This document shows, one piece after another, positions 11,496-21,064 of a stretch of 64,000 nucleotides of DNA. The stretch spans positions 19,194 to 83,193 of the forward strand of contig JAQGDQ010002402.1 of assembly GCA_030141605.1 (NCBI GenBank), in the 5' to 3' direction. Position 1 is the first letter of the stretch. Each line of letters begins with the position of its first letter. This DNA comes from Tubiluchus corallicola. Its lineage: Eukaryota; Animalia; Priapulida. The notes beneath the pieces were generated by a model that was given only the letters and a program-made list of their open reading frames with translations, made no database searches and was not told the origin of the DNA. The position numbers were made by a program, and so were the translations under genes.

Positions 11496-11786
11496 CTACT
11501 TCACCACAATATTCTTAATTACTTCTCTCCCCACTGCACTATTCAGCTGCTCTATTAAAGTAGTTTTTAACATCAATAGCTCTCCCCTTACAATAGATGA
11601 CTGAATAGACACAAACAGTATTTCATTTTTTATGAACAAATTAGTTGTTCTGCTCGCCACAGTTTTTCCCACCACCTTACTCCAAGCAGCCATCAATCTT
11701 TGTTCATTGATCTTTCTATCAATTTTTGCTTCCCTAAGAAAACGACTAATAACTGTTGCTATATTTTCAGTATTTTTGCGTCTCAT
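11496..11786 (-). CDS. DUF721/DciA-family protein
   Basis: WSKVVG..ASRT..LFIKNEILFV..SS; usual position downstream of recF. Confidence 0.8.
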   Translation of the reverse strand: MRRKNTENIATVISRFLREAKIDRKINEQRLMAAWSKVVGKTVASRTTNLFIKNEILFVSIQSSIVRGELLMLKTTLIEQLNSAVGREVIKNIVVK

Positions 11787-11841
11787 AAGTCTTGTTTTCC
11801 TTTAAAAAAATAAGGCTACAAATTATAGGAGGTATTCAAAC

Positions 11842-12948
11842 CTACTGTTCATCTTTAATATCTCCTCCTTCCACCAGCATTAACTTATATCCCTCCCCTA
11901 TCTTCTTCAATATCTTATCCATCCGTTCGCGGTTGGTATCCGTTACAAAAATTTGCTTAAAACTATTTTCTGCCACCAGTTTTACCACCTGTTCCACTCT
12001 GGTAGCATCCAACATATCAAAAATATCATCCAACAACAAAATAGGTTTAAACTTATTGATATTTTTGATAAAATCAAATTGTGCCAACTTCAAGGCAATA
12101 AGAAAAGTCTTACGCTGCCCTTGTGAACCAAACCTCTTAATAGCATTGTTACCCAACGAAAAAACAACATCGTCCTTATGCACTCCCACTGTCGTATATT
12201 GTATCATCCTATCCTTTTCCATTGCTTCTGTTAATAAAGTCCTAAAATCAGTATTATGCAGTTTAGAATCATACATTAACCCAACTTTCTCTTTCCCACC
12301 AGAGATATACCTATAATATTTCTCAAAAATAGGAATCAGCTGTTCTATAAAAGCCATCCTCTTTTTATAAATGAATTTTCCTTTTTCAACCAGCTGTTCA
12401 TCCCATAAGGAGAGGCTCTCTTCATCAAAATATCTTTTCCGAGCAAAATCCTTTAACAATACATTCCTATGTTGTAGTGCTTTATTATATTTTACTAAGG
12501 CTTCTAAATAAGATTTGTCGTACTGGCAAATAACACTATCCACAAAGCGTCTACGCTCTTCACTTCCTTCTATTATCAACTTAATATCGCTAGGAGATAC
12601 AATCACCAACGGTATCAAGCCCAAATGCTCAGACAAGCGTTCATATTTTTTTTTATTACGTCTAAATTGTTTTTTCTGCCCCTTTTTCACCCCACAATGT
12701 ATTATCTCCTCTTTACCTTTCATATCAAACATACCCTGTACATACATAAAACTCTCTCCTTCCTTAATATTTTGGCTGTCAACAGGGTTCAAAAAACTTT
12801 TACAAAAGGACAAAAGATAAATACCATCTAAAATATTCGTCTTCCCCACACCATTATCACCCACAAAGCAATTTATCTTTGGGTGAAATTCAACGTCCAA
12901 CTCCACAATATTTTTAAAATTCAATAATGACAATTTCTTCAAAAACAT
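11842..12948 (-). CDS. recF: DNA replication/repair protein RecF
   Basis: Walker A GDNGVGKTN, GSQGQRK, LLLDDIF; start moved to MFLKKLSLLNFKN. Confidence 0.95.
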   Translation of the reverse strand: MFLKKLSLLNFKNIVELDVEFHPKINCFVGDNGVGKTNILDGIYLLSFCKSFLNPVDSQNIKEGESFMYVQGMFDMKGKEEIIHCGVKKGQKKQFRRNKKKYERLSEHLGLIPLVIVSPSDIKLIIEGSEERRRFVDSVICQYDKSYLEALVKYNKALQHRNVLLKDFARKRYFDEESLSLWDEQLVEKGKFIYKKRMAFIEQLIPIFEKYYRYISGGKEKVGLMYDSKLHNTDFRTLLTEAMEKDRMIQYTTVGVHKDDVVFSLGNNAIKRFGSQGQRKTFLIALKLAQFDFIKNINKFKPILLLDDIFDMLDATRVEQVVKLVAENSFKQIFVTDTNRERMDKILKKIGEGYKLMLVEGGDIKDEQ

Positions 12949-13099
12949 ACCCCAGTATTTAAACACACAAAAATAAGAAAATAAACACTTCGTAATACCA
13001 AACAAAATATTATATTTGCATCACAATTTTTTTAAGACTTCTACCAAGTTACAGCTAAAAAGAAGTTTTTTTTACAAAAGATAAATTAATATTTTATTT

Positions 13100-13774
13100 A
13101 TGGCAGAGCAAAATACGCACAACCCTGAGCAAAAAAATGTCATACTCTCAAAAGCAGAAGAATTTCTTAACAAAAACAATAGAATATCTTATATTATACT
13201 TGGAATTATATTAATATTTTCAGCCTATTACGCCTATCAGCACTATTATATAACCCCATTAGAGAAAGAAGCACAAATACAGATATACCCAGTCCAAACC
13301 TATTTTGCACAAGACTCATTCGAGCTTGTACTAAATGGCGATGGAAATAATCTTGGAGCATTAGACATTATCAGCGAATATGGTGGCACAAAAGTAGCCA
13401 ATCTTTCTCAATATTATGCAGGTATTTCCTATTTGAATATGGGAGAATATGAAAATGCAATCAATTACCTTAACAAGTTTTCAACAAGCGACTATTTGCT
13501 AAAATCTATTTCAATAGGAGCTATTGGAGATGCTTATATGAATCTCGACGAACCAGAAAAAGCTCTCAAAAATTTCAAAAAAGCAATACAAACAAATCCT
13601 AATGAACTAACTACCCCCATATATTTATTAAAAGCAGGCAATGCCAGCGAAGAAGTAGGTAATTACAAGCAAGCCTTAGAGTATTATCAACAACTAAAAA
13701 ACAACTACCAAAATTCAATACAAGCACGAGAAATAGAAAAAGACATAGCCAGAGTAGAACAATATACCAACTAA
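13100..13774 (+). CDS. Membrane-anchored TPR protein
   Basis: N-terminal TM helix, TPR-like YYAGISYLNMGEYENAI repeats; usual position upstream of ribH. Confidence 0.8.
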   Translation: MAEQNTHNPEQKNVILSKAEEFLNKNNRISYIILGIILIFSAYYAYQHYYITPLEKEAQIQIYPVQTYFAQDSFELVLNGDGNNLGALDIISEYGGTKVANLSQYYAGISYLNMGEYENAINYLNKFSTSDYLLKSISIGAIGDAYMNLDEPEKALKNFKKAIQTNPNELTTPIYLLKAGNASEEVGNYKQALEYYQQLKNNYQNSIQAREIEKDIARVEQYTN

Positions 13775-13776
13775 AA

Positions 13777-14283
13777 ATGGCATCTGAATTAAAAAACCTA
13801 TCAGATAATAAAACTGAAAAGCCCACTTCTGCTAAAGATTACAAAATAGGTATAGTAGTGTCTGAGTGGAACACAGAAATAACACAAGCACTGTACCAAG
13901 CTGCATACAATACTCTAACAAAACACCAAGTAAGCCCTGAAAATATTATTACCCACCACGTACCGGGTACTTTTGAACTCACACTTGGGTCGCAACTCCT
14001 ATTGCAAAATACTAATGCTGATGCTGTCATAGCACTTGGGTGTGTTGTACAGGGTGAAACTAAACATTTCGACTACATCTGTCAAAGTGTAACACAAGGT
14101 ATTACACAACTCAACATCAAATATAAAACACCTACCATTTTTGGAATACTCACCACCAACAACCTACAACAAGCTAAAGACCGAGCAGGAGGAAAATACG
14201 GCAACAAAGGAGATGAAGCTGCTATTACTGCTCTAAAAATGATACAACTCAAAAGAACACTCTGCCCACCTATTTCATTCTAA
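13777..14283 (+). CDS. ribH: 6,7-dimethyl-8-ribityllumazine synthase
   Basis: IVVSEWN, VPGTFEL, GETKHFDYI, GNKGDEAA. Confidence 0.95.
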   Translation: MASELKNLSDNKTEKPTSAKDYKIGIVVSEWNTEITQALYQAAYNTLTKHQVSPENIITHHVPGTFELTLGSQLLLQNTNADAVIALGCVVQGETKHFDYICQSVTQGITQLNIKYKTPTIFGILTTNNLQQAKDRAGGKYGNKGDEAAITALKMIQLKRTLCPPISF

Positions 14284-14344
14284 AAACAAGACACATAAAG
14301 AAACTACGAACTACATAGTACAAAAAAGATAAACCAAAACCTAC

Positions 14345-14484
14345 ATATGAGCAGACAACAAAAATATAGCTACGAAAATAAATAGAAATAATGTTTAAAT
14401 GCCAGTTAAACATTGTTTAAATACTATTTAAATATACCTTGATGTTGTTTCCTCGTTTTGTCCTTCATTTGTTTTCGACGGTAG
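14345..14484 (+). repeat. ~140-bp imperfect direct repeat X, left copy (partner 18342-18480)
   Basis: ATATGAGCA...AAAATATAGCTACGAAA...ATGTTTAAATGCCAGTTAAACATTGTTTAAA...CCTTCATTTGT shared. Confidence 0.9.
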
Positions 14485-14550
14485 AATTATTAGGCTTTAT
14501 TCTTTAAATTAAAATTCTACATAGCAGAATACAAGCGCTTTTAATAAGAT

Positions 14551-14830
14551 AAAAGATAAAAACTAAAAGATAAAAACTAAAAGATAAAAACTAAAAGATA
14601 AAAACTAAAAGATAAAAACTAAAAACTAAAAACTAAAAGATAAAAACTAAAAACTAAAAACTAAAAACTAAAAACTAAAAACTAAAAACTAAAAACTAAA
14701 AACTAAAAACTAAAAACTAAAAACTAAAAACTAAAAACTAAAAACTAAAAACTAAAAACTAAAAACTAAAAACTAAAAACTAAAAGATAAAAGATAAAAG
14801 ATAAAAACTAAAAGATAAAAACTAAAAGAT
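14551..14830 (+). repeat. Heptamer tandem repeat, 40 units of AAAAGAT/AAAAACT
   Basis: 280 bp read directly as 7-bp units of two variants. Confidence 0.95.
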
Positions 14831-14868
14831 AAAAAAGTCGTGTTGCGTTGTGTGGCACGGCTTTTTTT
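14831..14868. terminator. Bidirectional intrinsic terminator-like hairpin (copy 1 of 4)
   Basis: A6-GTCGTGTTGC-GTT-GTGTGGCACGGC-T7. Confidence 0.7.
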
Positions 14869-14977
14869 GCTTACATTTAAAAAATCATCAAATAAAATTT
14901 GCGATTTACTATTTTCACATTACTTTTGCTATCTTATAATTATTTTTTTTATCAACATTTTCAAATCATTTATCCTT

Positions 14978-16447
14978 ATGAAAAAAATACATTTATTTAA
15001 ACAATTAAGCATCGTTATGTTCTTAGCTGCTATGCTACTGACACATTGCTCTAAGGAAACAGAAAAAATAGAGACAGGGAATGCAAACTCGCAATTGAAA
15101 AATACTTGGCAGGGAGATATTAGTTTGTCTAGCCAAGCTGCGATTGATAGCATTGCTGCATTTGGTATCACTACGATAACAGGAGAGTTGCTCATAGGTA
15201 TGAAAAATGATGGATTTTCTAATATTACCGACCTTACGCCTTTGAGTACTATTACTCACGTAGGAAGCTTGAATATAAGAAGGAATAATAAATTGCGAAC
15301 TTTAGAGGGCTTAAGCATAGAGCGTTCCGATGATTTTGTTGCTGTGGCAGTGAATATTGGCTTAACTAATATGAACGGATTAAATAGTTTAACAACCATA
15401 AAGGGGCGTTTTTCTATTAATAACAACAATGGCTTACGAAATTTAGATGGCTTAGAAAACATAAGCTCTGTAGGGGGGAATTTAAACATTACCAACAATA
15501 GCATATTGGACAAGCATGGTTATTGTGGTATACAACCACTATTAGCAGATGGCCAAGTAGTAGGTGCAATAGACATATCGGGCAATAAAGACAACCCAGC
15601 AGTAGAAGAGATATTAGCTATGGACTGTGGCTCTAACCTTTTCTGGGTGCCTGATGATAATTTTAGGACTCAACTAAAATGGATAGTACCTAATGCTTTC
15701 ACACCCAACGATAGCCTGATAACTGACCACCCTGATGTGTTGGCTGCTACGGATATGGATTTGAAATTCAACGCTAATATTTCTTCTTTGGAGGGTGTGC
15801 AGTTCTTTACGGCTTTAAAGCTTTTGAATTGCTCTAGCAACAATATAGATAGTTTGGATATTAGTAGTAATACGGCTTTAATTACTTTGAGATGCAGTAG
15901 CAACCAACTCCAGAGTTTGGATGTGACTAACAATACGGCTTTAACTTATTTGAATTGCTCTAACAACAACCTCACGAGTTTGGATGTGAGTAGTAATACG
16001 GCTCTAGATCATTTGGATTGCTCTAACAACAATCTCACGAGTTTGGATGTGAGTCAGGATACGGCTTTAATTCTGTTGTATTGCTATGACAACCAACTCA
16101 CCAGTTTGGATGTGAGTAACAATACGGCTTTAATTACTTTGACCTGCGGTAGCAACCAACTCACGAGTTTGGATGTGAGTAACAATACAGTTTTAAGTTG
16201 GTTGTTTTGCAGTTTCAACCAACTTACAAGTTTGAATATGAGCGGGGCTACGGCTTTAACGGACTTGTATTGCTATGACAATAACCTTGATAGTTTGGAT
16301 GTGAGTAACAATACGGCTCTAACGGAGTTGTGGGTAGATCAAACTATAAAATGTGAGCCTTCTATTGTGAGTGTGAATCCGCCTTATTGTTTCTATTGGG
16401 ATGGGAATAGTAGTACTCGTTATTACCCTGCTACGGACTGCCCTTAG
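14978..16447 (+). CDS. LRR surface lipoprotein copy 1 (489 aa; L-domain-like N part plus eight 21-aa LRRs)
   Basis: Lipobox LTHC + SKETEKIE; LxxLxCxxNxLTSLDVSxNTA repeats; start moved to match copy 2; TACTTTTG promoter motif at 14921. Confidence 0.85.
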   Translation: MKKIHLFKQLSIVMFLAAMLLTHCSKETEKIETGNANSQLKNTWQGDISLSSQAAIDSIAAFGITTITGELLIGMKNDGFSNITDLTPLSTITHVGSLNIRRNNKLRTLEGLSIERSDDFVAVAVNIGLTNMNGLNSLTTIKGRFSINNNNGLRNLDGLENISSVGGNLNITNNSILDKHGYCGIQPLLADGQVVGAIDISGNKDNPAVEEILAMDCGSNLFWVPDDNFRTQLKWIVPNAFTPNDSLITDHPDVLAATDMDLKFNANISSLEGVQFFTALKLLNCSSNNIDSLDISSNTALITLRCSSNQLQSLDVTNNTALTYLNCSNNNLTSLDVSSNTALDHLDCSNNNLTSLDVSQDTALILLYCYDNQLTSLDVSNNTALITLTCGSNQLTSLDVSNNTVLSWLFCSFNQLTSLNMSGATALTDLYCYDNNLDSLDVSNNTALTELWVDQTIKCEPSIVSVNPPYCFYWDGNSSTRYYPATDCP

Positions 16448-16474
16448 TAAGATAAAAGATAAAAACTAAAAGAT

Positions 16475-16513
16475 AAAAAAAGTCGTGTTGCGTTGTGTGG
16501 CACGGCTTTTTTT
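16475..16513. terminator. Terminator-like hairpin (copy 2 of 4)
   Basis: Same hairpin as 14831, just after the LRR1 stop. Confidence 0.75.
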
Positions 16514-16621
16514 GCTTACATTTAAAAAATCCTCAATTAAACTTGTAATATACTATTTTCACATTACTTTTGCTATCTTATAATTATTTTTTTTATCAAC
16601 ATTTTCAAATCATTTATCCTT

Positions 16622-18091
16622 ATGAAAAAAATACATTTATTTAAACAATTAAGCATCGTTATGTTCTTAGCTGCTATGCTACTGACACATTGCTCTAAGG
16701 AAACAGAAAAAATAGAGACAGGGAATGCAAACTCGCAATTGAAAAATACTTGGCAGGGAGATATTAGTTTGTCTAGCCAAGCTGCGATTGATAGCATTGC
16801 TGCATTTGGTATCACTACGATAACAGGAGAGTTGCTCATAGGTATGAAAGATGATGGATTTTCTAATATTACCGACCTTACGCCTTTGAGTACTATTACT
16901 CACGTAGGAAGCTTGAATATAAGAAGGAATAATAAATTGCGAACTTTAGAGGGCTTAAGCATAGAGCGTTCCGATGATTTTGTTGCTGTGGCAGTGAATA
17001 TTGGCTTAACTAATATGAACGGATTAAATAGTTTAACAACCATAAAGGGGCGTTTTTCTATTAATAACAACAATGGCTTACGAAATTTAGATGGCTTAGA
17101 AAACATAAGCTCTGTAGGGGGGAATTTAAACATTACCAACAATAGCATATTGGACAAGCATGGTTATTGTGGTATACAACCACTATTAGCAGATGGCCAA
17201 GTAGTAGGTGCAATAGACATATCGGGCAATAAAGACAACCCAGCAGTAGAAGAGATATTAGCTATGGACTGTGGCTCTAACCTTTTCTGGGTGCCTGATG
17301 ATAATTTTAGGACTCAACTAAAATGGATAGTACCTAATGCTTTCACACCCAACGATAGCCTGATAACTGACCACCCTGATGTGTTGGCTGCTACGGATAT
17401 GGATTTGAAATTCAACGCTAATATTTCTTCTTTGGAGGGTGTGCAGTTCTTTACGGCTTTAAAGTGGTTGAATTGCTCTTACACCAATATAGATAGTTTG
17501 GATATTAGTAGTAATACGGCTTTAATTACTTTGAGATGCAGTAGCAACCAACTCCAGAGTTTGGATGTGACTAACAATACGGCTTTAGAGTATTTGAGTT
17601 GCTGTTCCAACAATCTCACGAGTTTGGATGTGACTAACAATACGGCTTTAAATCGTTTGAGTTGCTATTACAACAATCTCACGAGTTTGGATGTGAGTCA
17701 GAATACGGCTCTAGATTATTTGATGTGCCATGACAACCAACTCACCAGTTTGGATGTGAGTAACAATACGGCTTTAAATGTTTTGGGTTGCCGTTCCAAC
17801 AATCTCACGAGTTTGGATGTGAGTAACAATACGGCTTTAAATATTTTGGGCTGCCATTCCAACAATCTCACGAGTTTGGATGTGAGTAAGAATAGAACTT
17901 TAACTGGGTTGGAGTGCTATGAGAACTATCTCACGAGCTTGGATGTGAGTAACAATACGTATTTAGCGTTATTGAAGGTAGATGAGGCTAGAAAATGTGA
18001 GCCTTCTATTGTGAGTGTGAATCCAAATAATTGTGAGTATTGGAATGGAAGTGAACTCATTAGCTATAACCCTGCTACGGACTGCCCATAG
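16622..18091 (+). CDS. LRR surface lipoprotein copy 2 (489 aa)
   Basis: First ~280 aa identical to copy 1 except one N/D change; LRR variable positions differ. Confidence 0.85.
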   Translation: MKKIHLFKQLSIVMFLAAMLLTHCSKETEKIETGNANSQLKNTWQGDISLSSQAAIDSIAAFGITTITGELLIGMKDDGFSNITDLTPLSTITHVGSLNIRRNNKLRTLEGLSIERSDDFVAVAVNIGLTNMNGLNSLTTIKGRFSINNNNGLRNLDGLENISSVGGNLNITNNSILDKHGYCGIQPLLADGQVVGAIDISGNKDNPAVEEILAMDCGSNLFWVPDDNFRTQLKWIVPNAFTPNDSLITDHPDVLAATDMDLKFNANISSLEGVQFFTALKWLNCSYTNIDSLDISSNTALITLRCSSNQLQSLDVTNNTALEYLSCCSNNLTSLDVTNNTALNRLSCYYNNLTSLDVSQNTALDYLMCHDNQLTSLDVSNNTALNVLGCRSNNLTSLDVSNNTALNILGCHSNNLTSLDVSKNRTLTGLECYENYLTSLDVSNNTYLALLKVDEARKCEPSIVSVNPNNCEYWNGSELISYNPATDCP

Positions 18092-18120
18092 TAAGAGAAA
18101 AGATAAGAGAACTAAGAACT

Positions 18121-18157
18121 AAAAAAGCCGTGTTGCGTTGTGCAGCGCGGCTTTTTT
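18121..18157. terminator. Terminator-like hairpin (copy 3 of 4)
   Basis: A6-GCCGTGTTGC-GTT-GTGCAGCGCGGC-T6 after the LRR2 stop. Confidence 0.75.
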
Positions 18158-18234
18158 AGTATTTCAGTAATTACCAGTTCTGTGCAGCAGAATACAAGCG
18201 CTTTTAATAAGATAAAAGATAAAAACTAAAAGAT

Positions 18235-18273
18235 AAAAAAAGTCGTGTTGCGTTGTGCGGCATGGCTTTTTTT
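18235..18273. terminator. Terminator-like hairpin (copy 4 of 4)
   Basis: Same hairpin, preceded by AGCAGAATACAAGCGCTTTTAATAAGAT as at 14523. Confidence 0.65.
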
Positions 18274-18341
18274 AGTTTTTCTTTGTAGGTAGCAAAGGGT
18301 ATTCTTTGGTTGGCTTGTATAAGGGGTAAAACAAAATGTAT

Positions 18342-18480
18342 ATATGAGCAAACAACAAAAATATAGCTACGAAAGTAAATAGAAATAATGTTTAAATGCC
18401 AGTTAAACATTGTTTAAACAATGTTTAAATATACCCTGATATTGTTTCCACGTTTTGCCCTTCATTTGTATTGACAGTAG
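18342..18480 (+). repeat. Direct repeat X, right copy, containing a 26-bp perfect palindrome at 18403-18428
   Basis: TTAAACATTGTTTAAACAATGTTTAA is its own reverse complement. Confidence 0.9.
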
Positions 18481-18518
18481 TACATAAATGACAAGCAAAC
18501 AACAGCCTACACAGGGGG

Positions 18519-18674
18519 TTTAAACTCTCTAAAAACGACATAAAAAACACAAAAAAGACTTCAAGAGCCGTATTTTCCTATAAATACCTATATATTAGCA
18601 GCTTATGCTTTTCTCGTAATATAAAAACAAAAAGAATGTAGAAAAAATATGTACATTTTGTTTTGCGGATTATA
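18519..18674 (-). repeat. Inverted, longer copy of the dispersed repeat that flanks the Cas13 locus
   Basis: Reverse complement reads TATAATCCGCAAAACAAAATGTACATA...TTCTACATTCTTTTTGT...TGTGTTTTTTATGTCGTTTTTAGAGAGTTTAAA. Confidence 0.75.
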
Positions 18675-18689
18675 ATAGAATCATAACTC

Positions 18690-19154
18690 TTAGGCTTTAT
18701 CCTTAGCAGCGTACAAGGGCAGCTCTTTTACAAACAAATACTTCCTATTATCATAGTCCAAATAACAATAAAAATGCTCCAAGCCATTGGTAAGCACCAT
18801 ATATTTGCATTTTAGCTCGAAGCAATACTCCGTTACTTGTTGAAACGATTTTTCATCAATCTTCACACTTGGCGACTTACATTCCACTATTACATTGGGC
18901 TGTAATTTTTTATTAAAACATACAATATCGCAACGAAACATTTTTTTTGACGAAGCCACCCTAAAACCTCGCTCCACAGCCATTAAAGATAAAGGGTAAG
19001 CTCTTTCCTCCATTAAAAAACGTATAAAATTCTGTCGTACCCACTCTTCTGGCGTTAAAGCTACATAGCGTTTTCTTACTACATCGAATATAAAATAGCT
19101 TTCTCCATCAACTTTCACCCTAAAATTATAATTTGGCAAATTTAATTTAAGCAT
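18690..19154 (-). CDS. HsdR N-terminal-domain protein (stand-alone)
   Basis: LTPEEWVRQ, RCDIV, IVECK, LTNG; start moved to MLKLNLP. Confidence 0.85.
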   Translation of the reverse strand: MLKLNLPNYNFRVKVDGESYFIFDVVRKRYVALTPEEWVRQNFIRFLMEERAYPLSLMAVERGFRVASSKKMFRCDIVCFNKKLQPNVIVECKSPSVKIDEKSFQQVTEYCFELKCKYMVLTNGLEHFYCYLDYDNRKYLFVKELPLYAAKDKA

Positions 19155-19194
19155 AAAAAATAGTAAATTAGCTCCAAAATTAAACAACACACCA

Positions 19195-19962
19195 ATGAAA
19201 ACAAAACAAGACATTGCAAAAGATTGGCTACCACGCTACACAGGTAGAGAAATAGAGGATTTTACACCTTACATCCTGCTCTCTAACTTCAATCAATACG
19301 TAGACCTATTTGCCAAAAAGTTCAATGTTCAAGCCATTAAAAATGTTAATATGCCCAATGCATCAGCGGAAGGCATCACCATCATTAACTTTGGAATGGG
19401 AAGTCCCAACGCTGCTACTGTGATGGATTTGCTTTCCATTGTACAACCCAAAGCTGTTCTTTTTCTTGGCAAATGTGGAGGTTTAAAAGACAAATACAAA
19501 GTAGGCAGCCTACTACTACCCACCGCAGCCATTCGCAACGAGGGAACATCCAATGCCTACCTCCCACCCGAAATACCAGCCCTGCCTGCATTTAGCTTGC
19601 AAAAAGCAGCATCGCATACTATACGTAAAAACGGACAAGATTACTGGACTGGCACTGTATTTACTACCAATAAAAGAGTGTGGGAATACGATGAAAGCCT
19701 AAAACAATACCTTGTCACCACGCGTACCACAGCCATAGATATGGAAACTGCTACTATCTTTACCGTAGGCTTCCATAATAATATACCTTCAGGCTCACTA
19801 TTACTCATATCAGACCAACCTATGATTTCTTCAGGAATAAAAACGAGCCAAAGCGACCAAGAAGTTAATCAAAATTATGTAAATTTGCACCTTAAAATAG
19901 GAATAGAATCTCTCCTTGAAATAAAAAACAACGGAACACCTGTAAAACACTTGAAATATTAA
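19195..19962 (+). CDS. amn: AMP nucleosidase (Bacteroidota type)
   Basis: WLPRYTG, FGMGSPNAA, GKCGGL, IDMETAT. Confidence 0.85.
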   Translation: MKTKQDIAKDWLPRYTGREIEDFTPYILLSNFNQYVDLFAKKFNVQAIKNVNMPNASAEGITIINFGMGSPNAATVMDLLSIVQPKAVLFLGKCGGLKDKYKVGSLLLPTAAIRNEGTSNAYLPPEIPALPAFSLQKAASHTIRKNGQDYWTGTVFTTNKRVWEYDESLKQYLVTTRTTAIDMETATIFTVGFHNNIPSGSLLLISDQPMISSGIKTSQSDQEVNQNYVNLHLKIGIESLLEIKNNGTPVKHLKY

Positions 19963-20044
19963 ACATCGACATTGAGAAAAAAATAAAAGGAAAAATTTCT
20001 GCCTCTTAACTTTTATTATTTAGTTCTTAGTTTTTTTTAATAAT

Positions 20045-21064
20045 ATGGCAACATACGAACAAATACTTAAAGACCTCCAAAACAACATATACAAACCTAT
20101 TTATTTACTTGCAGGAGAAGAGTCCTATTACATTGACCATATTACCAACTACATTGCAAATAACATTCTCAAAGAAGAAGAAAAACAACTCAACCAAACT
20201 ACTCTTTATGGAAAGGATACCAATATAGATGAAATTATTACATTGGCTCGAAAATTTCCGATGATGACTCAACAGCAAGTCATTATCATCAAAGAAGCAC
20301 AGTACATACAAAACATAGAAAAATTACTGCACTACGCCAAAGCACCCCAACCTTCGACTATGCTAGTCATCAACTATAAAAATAAAACCTTAGACAAAAG
20401 AAAAAAAGAAACAAAAGAACTGATACAAATTATAGAAAAACAAGGAGCTTTTCTCGAAACCAGAAAACTCTACGACAATAAGATACCAAATTGGATAAAC
20501 AAACACCTCAAAGAGAAGGGCTATGATATAGAGCAAAAAGCCACCATCCTACTTGCCGAACATCTGGGCAACGACCTTAATAAAATAGAACAGGAACTAC
20601 GAAAACTCACCATTACATTATCTCAAAATCAAACGACCATCACACCCCAACACATAGAAGAAAATATAGGCATCAGCAAAGATTTTAACACCTTTGAACT
20701 ACAAAAAGCCCTTGGACAAAGAGACATTTACAAAGCCAACCAAATCATAAAATTCTTTGCTAAAAACGAAAAAAAACATCCTACCACTCTTATTATAGCT
20801 TCGCTTTACAACTATTTTAGCAAGCTATTTACTCTCTATTTCATTAAAAACAAAAACGATAAACGCAACGTAGCAGCTACTTTAAGAGTCAGTCCTTATT
20901 TTATTGACGAATACTACAATGCTTCGCGCAATTACCTACCCAAAAAAGTTGCTGACATCATCACCTACTTGCGTCAATACGATATGAAATCGAAAGGTGT
21001 TGGGGGAGGCAACATTTCTTACTATGATATACTCAAAGAAATGGTATATAAAATACTTCACTAA
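20045..21064 (+). CDS. holA: DNA polymerase III delta subunit
   Basis: KPIYLLAGEESYYID, FPMM, IGISKDFNTFEL. Confidence 0.9.
   Translation: MATYEQILKDLQNNIYKPIYLLAGEESYYIDHITNYIANNILKEEEKQLNQTTLYGKDTNIDEIITLARKFPMMTQQQVIIIKEAQYIQNIEKLLHYAKAPQPSTMLVINYKNKTLDKRKKETKELIQIIEKQGAFLETRKLYDNKIPNWINKHLKEKGYDIEQKATILLAEHLGNDLNKIEQELRKLTITLSQNQTTITPQHIEENIGISKDFNTFELQKALGQRDIYKANQIIKFFAKNEKKHPTTLIIASLYNYFSKLFTLYFIKNKNDKRNVAATLRVSPYFIDEYYNASRNYLPKKVADIITYLRQYDMKSKGVGGGNISYYDILKEMVYKILH

Noticed and set aside
14840-14977. 46-aa N-terminal extension of LRR copy 1
   Set aside because: It overlaps the terminator hairpin and promoter motif. The ATG at 14978 gives the same 489-aa length and signal peptide as copy 2.
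15810-16330. 63-bp LRR and ~81-bp GLUG DNA repeats as CRISPR-like arrays
   Set aside because: They are in-frame coding repeats inside long ORFs with related intervening sequences.
4575-18091. A complete diversity-generating retroelement or shufflon at the GLUG and LRR arrays
   Set aside because: No reverse transcriptase, template repeat or site-specific recombinase lies in the window, and the copies are direct rather than inverted.
18690-19154. Type I restriction-modification system
   Set aside because: Only a short HsdR-N domain gene in its usual position near amn/holA; there is no hsdM, hsdS or helicase.
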